Source: Hormiphora californensis (taxonomy: Eukaryota; Animalia; Ctenophora). From it: 64,000 bases of DNA. A program made the translations under genes and the position numbers. This document shows positions 39,325-52,131 of this stretch, in pieces. The notes under the pieces were generated by a model, which saw nothing but the letters and a program-made list of their open reading frames with translations, did no database searches and was not told the DNA's origin. The DNA lies in contig CM035358.1 in the NCBI GenBank assembly GCA_020137815.1, positions 7,502,001-7,566,000 of the forward strand, in the 5' to 3' direction. The stretch's first letter is position 1, and the number at the start of each line of letters is the position of its first letter.

Positions 39325-42300
39325 CTGGAGGAGGAGAGAGGGTGTTAGAGCTTTAGAAGGGACTCTCCGGGACAGGAGTGGAGTGGGTTCTCAATGGGTT
39401 CGTCTAGAAACCCGTAACCCTGGAGGAGGAGAGGGTGTTAGAGCTTTAGGAGGGACTCTCCGGGACAGGAGTGGAGTGGGTTCTCAATGGGTTCGTCTAG
39501 AAACCCGTAACCCTGGAGAGGAGAGGGTGTTAGAGCTTTAGAAGGGACTCTCCGGGACAGGAGTGGAGTGGGTTCTCAATGGGTTCGTCTAGAAACCCGT
39601 AACCCTGGAGAGGAGAGGGTGTTAGAGCTTTAGGAGGGACTCTCCGGGACAGGAGTGGAGTGGGTTCTCAATGGGTTCGTCTAGAAACCCGTAACCCTGG
39701 AGAGGAGAGGGTGTTAGAGCTTTAGGAGGGACTCTCCGGGACAGGAGTGGAGTGGGTTCTCAATGGGTTCGTCTAGAAACCCGTAACCCTGGAGGAGGAG
39801 AAAGGGTGTTAGAGCTTTAGAAGGGACTCTCCGGGACAGGAGTGAAGTGGGTTCTCAATGGGTTCGTCTAGAAACCCGTAACCCTGGAGGAGGAGAGGGT
39901 GTTAGAGCTTTAGAAGGGACAGGAGTGGAGTGGGTTCTCAATGGGTTCGTCTAGAAACCCGTAACCCTGGAGGAGGAGGAGAGGGTGTTAGAGCTTTAGG
40001 AGGGACTCTCCGGGACAGCAGTGGAGTGGGTTCTCAATGGGTTCGTCTAGAAACCCGTAACCCTGGAGGAGGAGAGAGGGTGTTAGAGCTTTAGAAGGGA
40101 CTCTCCGGGACAGGAGTGAAGTGGGTTCTCAATGGGTTCATCTAGAAACCCGTAACCCTGGAGGAGGAGAGGGTGTTAGAGCTTTAGGAGGGACTCTCCG
40201 GGACAGGAGTGGAGTGGGTTCTCAATGGGTTCGTCTAGAAACCCGTAACCCTGGAGAGGAGAGGGTGTTAGAGCTTTAGAAGGGACTCTCCGGGACAGGA
40301 GTGGAGTGGGTTCTCAATGGGTTCGTCTAGAAACCCGTAACCCTGGGGGAGAGAGGGTGTTAGAGCTTTAGAAGGGACTCTCCGGGACAGGAGTGGAGTG
40401 GGTTCTCAATGGGTTCGTCTAGAAACCCGTAACCCTGGGGGAGAGAGGGTGTTAGAGCTTTAGAAGGGACTCTCCGGGACAGGAGTGGAGTGGGTTCTCA
40501 ATGGGTTCGTCTAGAAACCCGTAACCCTGGAGGAGGAGAGGGTGTTAGAGCTTTAGAAGGGACTCTCCGGGACAGGAGTGGAGTGGGTTTTCAATGGGCT
40601 CGTCTAGAAACCCGTAACCCTGGAGGAGGAGAGGGTGTTAGAGCTTTAGAAGGGACTCTCCGGGACAGGAGTGGAGTGGGTTCTCAATGGGTTCGTCTAG
40701 AAACCCGTAACCCTGGAGGAGGAGAGGGTGTTAGAGCTTTAGGAGGGACTCTCCGGGACAGGAGTGGAGTGGGTTCTCAATGGGTTCGTCTAGAAACCCG
40801 TAACCCTGGGGGAGAGAGGGTGTTAGAGCTTTAGAAGGGACTCTCCGGGACAGGAGTGGAGTGGGTTCTCAATGGGTTCGTCTAGAAACCCGTAACCCTG
40901 GAGAGGAGAGGGTGTTAGAGCTTTAGAAGGGACTCTCCGGGACAGGAGTGGAGTGGGTTCTCAATGGGTTCGTCTAGAAACCCGTAACCCTGGGGGAGAG
41001 AGGGTGTTAGAGCTTTAGAAGGGACTCTCCGGGACAGGAGTGGAGTGGGTTCTCAATGGGTTCGTCTAGAAACCCGTAACCCTGGGGGAGAGAGGGTGTT
41101 AGAGCTTTAGAAGGGACTCTCCGGGACAGGAGTGGAGTGGGTTCTCAATGGGTTCGTCTAGAAACCCGTAACCCTGGAGGAGGAGAGGGTGTTAGAGCTT
41201 TAGAAGGGACTCTCCGGGACAGGAGTGGAGTGGGTTTTCAATGGGCTCGTCTAGAAACCCGTAACCCTGGAGGAGGAGAGGGTGTTAGAGCTTTAGAAGG
41301 GACTCTCCGGGACAGGAGTGGAGTGGGTTCTCAATGGGTTCGTCTAGAAACCCGTAACCCTGGAGGAGGAGAGGGTGTTAGAGCTTTAGAAGGGACTCTC
41401 CGGGACAGGAGTGGAGTGGGTTCTCAATGGGTTCGTCTAGAAACCCGTAACCCTGGGGGAGAGAGGGTGTTAGAGCTTTAGGAGGGACTCTCCGGGACAG
41501 GAGTGGAGTGGGTTCTCAATGGGTTCGTCTAGAAACCCGTAACCCTGGAGGAGGAGAGGGTGTTAGAGCTTTAGAAGGGACTCTCCGGGACAGGAGTGGA
41601 GTGTGTTCTCAATGGGTTCGTCTAGAAACCCGTAACCCTGGAGGAGGAGAGAGGGTGTTAGAGCTTTAGAAGGGACTCTCCGGGACAGGAGTGGAGTGGG
41701 TTCTCAATGGGTTCGTCTAGAAACCCGTAACCCTGGGGGAGAGAGGGTGTTAGAGCTTTAGAAGGGACTCTCCGGGACAGGAGTGGAGTGGGTTCTCAAT
41801 GGGTTCGTCTAGAAACCCGTAACCCTGGAGGAGGAGAGGGTGTTAGAGCTTTAGAAGGGACTCTCCGGGACAGGAGTGGAGTGGGTTCTCAATGGGTTCG
41901 TCTAGAAACCCGTAACCCTGGAGGAGGAGAGGGTGTTAGAGCTTTAGAAGGGACTCTCCGGGACAGGAGTGGAGTGGGTTCTCAATGGGTTCGTCTAGAA
42001 ACCCGTAACCCTGGAGGAGGAGAGGGTGTTAGAGCTTTAGGAGGGACTCTCCGGGACAGGAGTGGAGTGGGTTCTCAATGGGTTCGTCTAGAAACCCGTA
42101 ACCCTGGAGGAGGAGAGGGTGTTAGAGCTTTAGAAGGGACTCTCCGGGACAGGAGTGGAGTGGGTTCTCAATGGGTTCGTCTAGAAACCCGTAACCCTGG
42201 AGGAGGAGAGGGTGTTAGAGCTTTAGAAGGGACTCTCCGGGACAGGAGTGGAGTGGGTTCTCAATGGGTTCGTCTAGAAACCCGTAACCCTGGAGGAGGA

Positions 42301-45300
42301 GAGGGTGTTAGAGCTTTAGGAGGGACTCTCCGGGACAGGAGTGGAGTGGGTTCTCAATGGGTTCGTCTAGAAACCCGTAACCCTGGAGGAGGAGAGGGTG
42401 TTAGAGCTTTAGGAAGGGACTCTCCGGGACAGGAGTGGAGTGGGTTCTCAATGGGTTCGTCTAGAAACCCGTAACCCTGGAGGAGGAGAGGGTGTTAGAG
42501 CTTTAGGAGGGACTCTCCGGGACAGGAGTGGAGTGGGTTCTCAATGGGTTCGTCTAGAAACCCGTAACCCTGGAGGAGGAGAGGGTGTTAGAGCTTTAGG
42601 AGGGACTCTCCGGGACAGGAGTGGAGTGGGTTCTCAATGGGTTCGTCTAGAAACCCGTAACCCTGGAGGAGGAGAGGGTGTTAGAGCTTTAGGAGGGACT
42701 CTCCGGGACAGGAGTGGAGTGGGTTCTCAATGGGTTCGTCTAGAAACCCGTAACCCTGGAGGAGGAGAGGGTGTTAGAGCTTTAGGAAGGGACTCTCCGG
42801 GACAGGAGTGGAGTGGGTTCTCAATGGGTTCGTCTAGAAACCCGTAACCCTGGAGGAGGAGAGGGTGTTAGAGCTTTAGAAGGGACTCTCCGGGACAGGA
42901 GTGGAGTGGGTTCTCAATGGGTTCGTCTAGAAACCCGTAACCCTGGAGGAGGAGAGGGTGTTAGAGCTTTAGGAGGGACTCTCCGGGACAGGAGTGGAGT
43001 GGGTTCTCAATGGGTTCGTCTAGAAACCCGTAACCCTGGAGGAGGAGAGAGGGTGTTAGAGCTTTAGGAGGGACTCTCCGGGACAGGAGTGGAGTGGGGT
43101 TCTCAATGGGTTCGTCTAGAAACCCGTAACCCTGGGAGGAGGAGAGGGGTGTTAGAGCTTTAGAAGGGACTCTCCGGGACAGGAGTGGAGTGGGTTCTCA
43201 ATGGGTTCGTCTAGAAACCCGTAACCCTGGAGGAGGAGAGAGGGTGTTAGAGCTTTAGAAGGGACTCTCCGGGACAGGAGTGGAGTGGGTTCTCAATGGG
43301 TTCGTCTAGAAACCCGTAACCCTGGGGGAGGAGGAGAGGGTGTTAGAGCTTTAGAAGGGACTCTCCGGGACAGGAGTGGAGTGGGGTTCTCAAATGGGTT
43401 CGTCTAGAAACCCGTAACCCTGGAGGAGGAGGGTTAGAGCTGAGAGGGACCCAGGAGTGGAGTGGGGTTAGATGGGTAGCTTTAGGAGGGTACTCTCCGG
43501 GACAGGAGTGGAGTGGGTTCTCAATGGGTTCGTCTAGAAACCCGTAACCCTGGGGAGGAGAGGGTGTTAGAGCTTAGGAAGGGACTCTCCGGGACAGGAG
43601 TGGAGTGGGTTCTCAATGGGTTCGTCTAGAAACCCGTAACCCTGGGGGAGGAGGAGAGGGTGTTAGAGCTTTAGAAGGGACTCTCCGGGACAGGAGTGGA
43701 GTGGGTTCTCAATGGGTTCGTCTAGAAACCCGTAACCCTGGAGAGGAGAGGGTGTTTAGAGCTTTAGAAGGGACTCTCCGGGACAGGAGTGGAGTGGGGT
43801 TCTCAATGGGTTCGTCTAGAAACCCGTAACCCTGGAGGAGGAGAGGGTGTTAGAGCTTTAGGAAGGGACTCTCCGGGACAGGAGTGGAGTGGGTTCTCAA
43901 TGGGTTCGTCTAGAAACCCGTAACCCTGGAGGAGGAGAGGGTGTTAGAGCTTTAGGAGGGACTCTCCGGGACAGGAGTGGAGTGGGTTCTCAATGGGTTC
44001 GTCTAGAAACCCGTAACCCTGGGGAGGAGAGGGTGTTAGAGCTTTAGAAGGGACTCTCCGGGGACAGGAGTGGAGTGGGTTCTCAATGGGTTCGTCTAGA
44101 AACCCGTAACCCTGGAGGAGGAGAGGGTGTTAGAGCTTTAGAAGGGACCGTACCGGAGGAGGGAGGGGTTGTCAAAGGCGTACCTCGGAGAGGTGGAGGG
44201 CTTATGGGTTTAGAAAGGGACCTGGGGGTTAAGGGTTCGGTTGACGAACCCCGGGAACGGGTGAGGTTAGAGGAGTTGGGCTTGAGGGACTTCCTGGGGG
44301 GAGGTAAGGCCTGGGGAGACCCGGACGGGGTGGAGGGATGAGGCTCTAGGAACGGATGATGGGAAGGTTTTGAAGCGTACTGGGGATCGTAGGAACTAGA
44401 GGGGTTCGAAGGAGGGTTGTTAACTAACGGGACGTCAGAACGAGGGTGGGAGTGTGTTGGACTTGGGAGGATCGGACCGGAGGAGGGGTTCAAGGATCTA
44501 AACCCGCCGGAGGGGAAGGTGTAGAGCTTGGGTGAGGGTGTGCAGGGTGAAACCTAATGGGGTGAGAAGGTAAGTTGGAGAGGAAGGGTCTGGGACAGGA
44601 GTGGAGGGTCTCAAGGGTTCGTGACCCGTACCTAGGGTGAGAAGGGGTTAGAGGCTTACTTTAGAAGGGACTCTCCCGGGACAGGAGTGGAGTGGGTTCT
44701 CAATGGGTTCGTTCTAGAACAACCCGTAACCCTGGGGGAGGAGAGGAGGGTGTTAGCGCTTTAGAAGGGACTATCTCGGACAGGAGTGGAGTGGGTTCTC
44801 AATGGGTTTCGTCTAGAAACCCGTAACCCTGGAGGAGGAGAGGGTGTTAGAGCTTTTAGAAGGGCCTCCTTCCGGGACAGGAGTGGAGTGGGTTCTCAAT
44901 GGGTTCGTTAGAAACCGTAACCCTGGAGAGGAGAGGGTGTGTAGAGCTTTCGGAAGGGACTCTCCGGGACAGGAGTGGAGGAGTGGGTTCTCACTGGGTT
45001 CGTCTAGAAACCAGTAACCCTGGAGGAGGAGAGGGTGTTAGCGCTTTAGGAGGGACTCTCCGGGACAGGAAGTGGAGTGGGTTCTCCCCAACTGGGTTCG
45101 TCTCGAAACCGTAAACCTGGAGGAGGAGAGGGTGTTAGAGCTTTTAGACGGACTCTCCGGGACAGGAGTGGAGTGGGTTCTCAATGGGTTCGTCTAGAAA
45201 CCCGTAACCTGGAGAGGAGAGGGGTTAGAGCTTTAGAAGGGACTTCTCCGGGGCACAGGAGTGAGTGGGGTTCTCAATGGGTTCGTCTAGAAACCCGTAA

Positions 45301-48300
45301 CCCGGAGACCGAGGAGAGGGTGTTTAGAGCTTTAGAAGGACTCTCCGGGACAGGAGTGGAGTGGAGTTCTCAATGGGTTCGTTCTAGAAACCCGTAACCC
45401 TGGAGGAGGAGCGGGGTTGTGGTTAGAGCTTTAGAAGGGACTCTCCGGGACAGGAGTGGAGTGGGTTCTCAATGGGTTCGTCTAGAAACCCGTAACCCTG
45501 GAGGAGGAGAGGGTGTTAGAGCTTTAGAAGGGACTCTCCGGGACAGGAGTGGAGTGGGTTCTCAATGGGTTCGTCTAGAAACCCGTAACCCTGGAGGAGG
45601 AGAGGGTGTTAGAGCTTTAGGAGGGACTCTCCGGGACAGGAGTGGAGTGGGTTCTCAATGGGTTCGTCTAGAAACCCGTAACCCTGGAGGAGGAGAGGGT
45701 GTTAGAGCTTTAGAAGGGACTCTCCGGGACAGGAGTGGAGTGGGTTCTCAATGGGTTCGTCTAGAAACCCGTAACCCTGGAGGAGGAGAGGGTGTTAGAG
45801 CTTTAGGAAGGGACTCTCCGGGACAGGAGTGGAGTGGGTTCTCAATGGGTTCGTCTAGAAACCCGTAACCCTGGAGGAGGAGAGGGTGTTAGAGCTTTAG
45901 AAGGGACTCTCCGGGACAGGAGTGGAGTGGGTTCTCAATGGGTTCGTCTAGAAACCCGTAACCCTGGAGGAGGAGAGGGTGTTAGAGCTTTTAGGAAGGG
46001 ACTCTCCGGGACAGGAGTGGAGTGGGTTCTCAATGGGTTCGTCTAGAAACCCGTAACCCTGGGGAGGAGAGGGTGTTAGAGCTTTAGAAGGGACTCTCCG
46101 GGACAGGAGTGGAGTGGGTTCTCAATGGGTTCGTCTAGAAACCCGTAACCCTGGAGGAGGAGAGGGTGTTAGAGCTTTAGAAGGGACTCTCCGGGACAGG
46201 AGTGGAGTGGGTTCTCAATGGGTTCGTCTAGAAACCCGTAACCCTGGAGGAGGAGAGGGTGTTAGAGCTTTAGGAGGGACTCTCCGGGACAGGAGTGGAG
46301 TGGGTTCTCAATGGGTTCGTCTAGAAACCCGTAACCCTGGAGGAGGAGAGAGGGTGTTAGAGCTTTAGAAGGGACTCTCCGGGACAGGAGTGGAGTGGGT
46401 TCTCAATGGGTTCGTCTAGAAACCCGTAACCCTGGAGGAGGAGAGGGTGTTAGAGCTTTAGGAGGGACTCTCCGGGACAGGAGTGGAGTGGGTTCTCAAT
46501 GGGTTCGTCTAGAAACCCGTAACCCTGGAGAGGAGGAGAGGGTGTTAGAGCTTTAGGAGGGACTCTCCGGGACAGGAGTGGAGTGGGTTCTCAATGGGTT
46601 CGTCTAGAAACCCGTAACCCTGGAGAGGAGGAGAGGGTGTTAGAGGTTTAGAAGGGACTCTCCGGGACAGGAGTGGAGTGGGTTCTCAATGGGTTCGTCT
46701 AGAAACCCGTAACCCTGGGGGAGGAGAGGGTGTTAGAGCTTTAGAAGGGACTCTCCGGGACAGGAGTGGAGTGGGTTCTCAATGGGTTCGTCTAGAAACC
46801 CGTAACCCTGGAGGAGGAGAGGGTGTTAGAGCTTTAGGAGGGACTCTCCGGGACAGGAGTGGAGTGGGTTCTCAATGGGTTCGTCTAGAAACCCGTAACC
46901 CTGGGAGAGGAGAGGGTGTTAGAGCTTTAGAAGGGACTCTCCGGGACAGGAGTGGAGTGGGTTCTCAATGGGTTCGTCTAGAAACCCGTAACCCTGGAGG
47001 AGGAGAGGGTGTTAGAGCTTTAGAAGGGACTCTCCGGGACAGGAGTGGAGTGGGTTCTCAATGGGTTCGTCTAGAAACCCGTAACCCTGGAGGAGGAGAG
47101 GGTGTTAGAGCTTTAGGAGGGACTCTCCGGGACAGGAGTGGAGTGGGTTCTCAATGGGTTCGTCTAGGAACCCGTAACCCTGAAGAGGAGGAGAGAGGGT
47201 GTTAGAGCTTTAGGAGGGACTCTCCGGGACAGGAGTGGAGTGGGTTTTCAATGGGTTCGTCTAGGAACCCGTAACCCTGGAGGAGAGAGGGTGTTAGAGC
47301 TTTAGGAGGGACTCTCCGGGACAGGAGTGGAGTGGGTTTTCAATGGGTTCGTCTAGAAACCCGTAACCCTGGAGGAGGAGAGGGTGTTAGAGCTTTAGGA
47401 GGGACTCTCCGGGACAGGAGTGGAGTGGGTTTTCAATGGGTTCGTCTAGGAACCCGTAACCCTGGAGGAGGAGAGGGTGTTAGAGCTTTAGGAGGGACTC
47501 TCCGGGACAGGAGTGGAGTGGGTTTTCAATGGGTTCGTCTAGGAACCCGTAACCCTGGAGGAGAGAGGGTGTTAGAGCTTTAGGAGGGACTCTCCGGGAC
47601 AGGAGTGGAGTGGGTTTTCAATGGGTTCGTCTAGAAACCCGTAACCCTGGAGGAGGAGAGGGTGTTAGAGCTTTAAAAGGGACTCTCCGGGACAGGAGTG
47701 GAGTGGGTTCTCAATGGGTTCGTCTAGGAACCCGTAACCCTGGAGGAGGAGAGGGTGTTAGAGCTTTAGGAGGGACTCTCCGGGACAGGAGTGGAGTGGG
47801 TTTTCAATGGGTTCGTCTAGAAACCCGTAACCCTGGAGGAGGAGAGGGTGTTAGAGCTTTAAAAGGGACTCTCCGGGACAGGAGTGGAGTGGGTTCTCAA
47901 TGGGTTCGTCTAGAAACCCGTAACCCTGGAGAGGAGGAGAGGGTGTTAGAGCTTTAGGAGGGACTCTCCGGGACAGGAGTGGAGTGGGTTCTCAATGGGT
48001 TCGTCTAGAAACCCGTAACCCTGGAGGAGGAGAGGGTGTTAGAGCTTTAAAAGGGACTCTCTGGGACAGGAGTGGAGTGGGTTCTCAATGGGTTCGTCTA
48101 GAAACCCGTAACCCTGGGGGAGGAGAGGGTGTTAGAGCTTTAGGAGGGACTCCCCGGGACAGGAGTGGAGTGGGTTCTCAATGGGTTCGTCTAGAAACCC
48201 GTAACCCTGAAGGAGGAGAGGGTGTTAGAGCTTTAGGAGGGACTCTCCGGGACAGGAGTGGAGTGGGTTTTCAATGGGTTCGTCTAGAAACCCGTAACCC

Positions 48301-48699
48301 TGGAGGAGGAGAGGGTGTTAGAGCTTTAGGAGGGACTCTCTGGGACAGGAGTGGAGTGGGTTCTCAATGGGTTCGTCTAGAAACCCGTAACCCTGGGGGA
48401 GGAGAGGGTGTTAGAGCTTTAGGAGGGACTCCCCGGGACAGGAGTGGAGTGGGTTCTCAATGGGTTCGTCTAGAAACCCGTAACCCTGAAGGAGGAGAGG
48501 GTGTTAGAGCTTTAGGAGGGACTCTCCGGGACAGGAGTGGAGTGGGTTTTCAATGGGTTCGTCTAGAAACCCGTAACCCTGAAGAGGAGGAGAGAGGGTG
48601 TTAGAGCTTTAGGAGGGACTCTCCGGGACAGGAGTGGAGTGGGTTTTCAATGGGTTCGTCTAGGAACCCGTAACCCTGGAGAGGAGGAGAGGGTGTTAG
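39253..48699 (-). repeat. ~9.4-kb tandem array of a ~93-bp unit (~95-100 copies) = branch point + polypyrimidine tract + CAG + first 72 nt of a TMEM94 exon
   Basis: - strand unit CTAACACCCTCTCCTCCTCCAG|GGTTACGGGTTTCTAGACGAACCC…CTAAAGCT. The leftmost copy runs into the conserved exon. Confidence 0.95.
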
Positions 48700-49168
48700 T
48701 CAACAATGGAGGAGAGGGTGTTTGTGAAGTAATCCCCATTCAGAATTTAGTACGGATAATTCTTGATTCACGCCACAGATAGCGGGGCGAATAAGGCTTT
48801 TTTGCGGTGCGAATAACGGGGCGAATACAGATATTCGCCGGCTATTCACGGCGTTTTAGAATATGGTCCAAAAATTTATTTTTCTTAGTTTGAAACGTGT
48901 TTCAGTTTCTTTTTTTCCAATTTTTGTACACATAATTGTCCTCTTTAGCAACTACTATGGTTCACAAAACCAACGCGGAGGAGCCCCTGGGGAAAGAGCT
49001 CCCTACAACACCAACAAACCTGACGCCAACCCGTCCGAGTCAATCCACAGAACAGCAAGTAAGAATTCTTAGGTTCTACTTCAAAACTACCTTCCTAGTT
49101 TAGTTTAACGATGTGTCCCTGATGTGTCCTCAAAGTGTCTTCAAAGTGTCCACAAACTCGTATCGTAT

Positions 49169-49371
49169 ATTATACCAAAACTAATTGAAATTAGTAGGCC
49201 GGAAAGGTTGCCTTAAGATTTGAGCTACCTTAGGCACCGTAACTTTCACGGGGTATAGACAGGGTACAGATGCTTCGTTTATCTTCGAAAGGGAATGTAC
49301 CGGTGCCAAAGGTAGCTCAAATCTTAAGGCAACCTTTCCGGCCTACTAATTTCAATTAGTTTTGGTATAAT
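49169..49371. repeat. MITE-like inverted repeat (~70-bp arms)
   Basis: ATTATACCAAAACTAATTGAAATTAG… pairs with …CTAATTTCAATTAGTTTTGGTATAAT. Confidence 0.85.
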
Positions 49372-50070
49372 CTGCATCATTTTGGGGATTTTTTATCCAT
49401 GTAGATTTAGTAGAATAGGTACAGAGAGGTTAGTATCGCGAAATTGAGAAATTTTCATTTTTGACGTCATTTTGACGTCATAAAATGACGTCACGACGTT
49501 GTAACGTCAAAATTATGATGTCATATTATCGGGCCCACTTAGATGAAGATACTGACCAAGTTTGAGATCGATTGGATGAGATTTAAGTCCGCTATAGCGA
49601 AAAACCCATAAAGTCATATCTGTTTTTAAACAGTCATTGTAAAATTTTGAGATATAATATAACTCTTTAGGTAGCACTGCTTGTACAACTTATAACACTG
49701 GGCAGTGTTATAAGTGAAAACTTATAACACTGCCCAGTTATACATGAAAACTTATAACACTGCTGCACTTCGAACTCCACTGTTTCTGTCACACTTAAAA
49801 ACCGTTAGAAAGATAAACGTGTACGAACTCCCTCTCTCTCTCTCTCTTTCTTTATGTCACACTCTCAAGCCGTTGCAGCACCGTGATCAAGATAACAGTT
49901 ACGAACTCCCGGACCCACACATTCTTTATCTCTCTCACTCTCACTAATCTCTCACTCTGTACCTATATCAGGCGTTATCTTATCTCTGCCTGCTACCATA
50001 TCATGAATTCGCTCTAGATTGTTACGCACTAAAGTGTCTCTCACTCTTGTTTAAAAAAATTTACAATGCA

Positions 50071-50343
50071 ATTTTATTATGCCTGTTTTCGTTGTACCTG
50101 ACGTCAACAATAATGTCCCAGATTCTTACACTTTTAGACCTCGCAGGCTCGGTCAAAAAGTAAAACTACATCACTCGCAGGCTCGTGAGGTAGTTAGACT
50201 TAGTGGCACTCGCAGGATCGTGCACTAAAGTACAAGAATCTGCCTCGACCTATGGTCTCGGATCATTATTGTTGTACTTATAACACTCGACCTTCGGTCT
50301 CGTGTTATAAGTTTTCAGGTACAACTTATAGGCATAATAAAAT
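50071..50343. repeat. Nested, branched inverted-repeat element with five capped hairpins
   Basis: Outer IR ATTTTATTATGCCT…AGGCATAATAAAAT, inner stems, hairpins capped by CTCG…CTCG motifs. Confidence 0.8.
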
Positions 50344-51024
50344 CCTACATAACACTTCCGACGCGTTTTAAGACTCTTATACATCTATTTTTGAAAATTC
50401 GCGTTATAGTTTCTGAAAGTTCAGACAATTCTCTTTCCGTGATTTAGTCTTCGTTTTTCGATTAGAATCCATTTTCAGGGTGTAAATTGAGCTCAAAGAA
50501 TTTTGGTCTGAGTCTGAAAAATGACGATCTTAAGACGTTCTGTACGACGTTCCTGGCGATGAAAACGGACCCCACTACGACTAATGCACACACATCCAGT
50601 AGATCTACCAGCTGTGAAAAGATGAAGTCTCTATCTCTTTTCGTTTGGCGTCACATTCACTTATAAAAAGCGTCTCTCCTATGCGCGTACGCGCGCGCGC
50701 ATGCCTGTTACACTGAATTTAGGGCAAATGGGACCTGTCTGTAACTTCGGTTCCAGATGAGATAGAGACTTGAAATTTTGAACTTGAGTCAAAGACCCCA
50801 AGCCGGGTATACATTCCAAATTTCAAGTCAAACGGATGAAAGAGAGCCACGCTATAGCCTTTTGAAATCTGGGTTTTCAGCCAAAACACCCATAAAACGT
50901 ATAACTGCGTTTCTGGCGGCACTTTTTTTGGGGAGGGGGAATGGCAACCTTTGCGCTTGCCAGCGCAGTGATTATCGACTCATATTTCCAGATCAGGTTA
51001 GACAGGGGAGGCCACCATGAGGCC

Positions 51025-52131
51025 ATGATGGCTATGCTCCAAACCATACTGACTCGTATAGAGAAAGTCGAGGAAAAGATTGGACGGCTGGAGACCAGCG
51101 TCTCTCCAGGACCAAATAACTCCTGCCAGCGTCCTTCTGCTCCCACATGTCAGTGCCACTACCAGCACCCTCCTACATGCCACTACCAGCACCCTCCCCC
51201 GACACACCAACCACAACCACCTCCTACATGCCAGCCGCCCATGGTAGCTGCTGTAACTAAGAAGAGGAAGAGAAGTGGTTAGTTGTACAATGCCCTTCTC
51301 TCCCAATCTCTCTCTATAATTCTTTCTCATAAATTTCCCGTTTAGACTCTAAATTAGAGTACGATCCGGTAGCCGCGGATGAGGAAGAGGTAAAGCTGAT
51401 GAAAGAATGGTTAAAGTTAAACACCATCACCTCGTCAAGCCGGATAAGGTTAGTTTGTAAGTGACATGTGTCTTCATCGAATTACCGGGGTGCCGGGTAT
51501 ATCGTGGTCCGACTGTACTTTGCATATTTATGATACATTTCAACGAGATACGGGTACCATGCTCAAGAGAATTGTTGAATTATGTTAACTACCTTCAATT
51601 TATCTTTTAGGTCGCTGTTCCTATCTCGGTTCTCGCGTGAATCTACAGATTACAGTTATCTATTCACGGAGAATGCCAATGCGGTAAGGCCTGGTCGAAC
51701 ACCCTATCCCCGTGAGATCACCGATAGCATGATAAAGGTATTTGTCATGAATTCTAACCCTCCTTTACATTTGCGTGAAACAGAGTCTAGCTAGGCAATA
51801 AGGTATATAATTGGAGAGAGACAGAGAAAAAACAGAGGGGAAGATCAAGAGTGACTCAGTGACCCTGTCAGGCCAACGCTCTGACCACAGTTCTCGCACG
51901 CTCCGAGAATAGGGTCAGGCCAATGCTCTGACAGCAGTGACAGCAGTGACCTCGTCATTTTTCCTTTCTTTACTAGGTATAAGAAGTGTTAAATATTTGC
52001 ATTCGCAGGCCATTAGTGAGGTGGAAGAAAGGCCAGCGGGTGAGGTGAAACAAAACCTATTGAGTTTAATAAAAAACTTGAGGATACCCGCAATGAGGCC
52101 ACGAAGTTGCATCGACAATCTTGACATATAA
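51025..52131 (+). CDS. Spliced gene: coiled coil, Pro-rich linker, NLS, BEN-like helical domain (tentative)
   Basis: In-phase exons ~51025-51277, 51346-51448, 51611-51737, 52009-52131. IRSLFLSRFSRE…GRTPYPREITDSMIKAI pattern. Confidence 0.5.

Noticed and set aside
44147-44640. Apparently unique Pro-rich ORF inside the array
   Set aside because: Looks like a scrambled version of the same unit flanked by indel-rich copies; most likely low-quality consensus or gap fill.
40490-48604. Many + strand ORFs of repeated GSQWVRLETRNPGGGEGVRALEGTLRDRS
   Set aside because: Antisense reading of the 93-bp (31-codon) array, with GTG starts and frequent frameshifts; not a repeat protein.
39253-48699. CRISPR-like array or telomeric repeat (TAACCC within the unit)
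   Set aside because: No unique spacers, eukaryotic context, and only one TAACCC per unit, explained by CAG|GGTTA at the splice junction.
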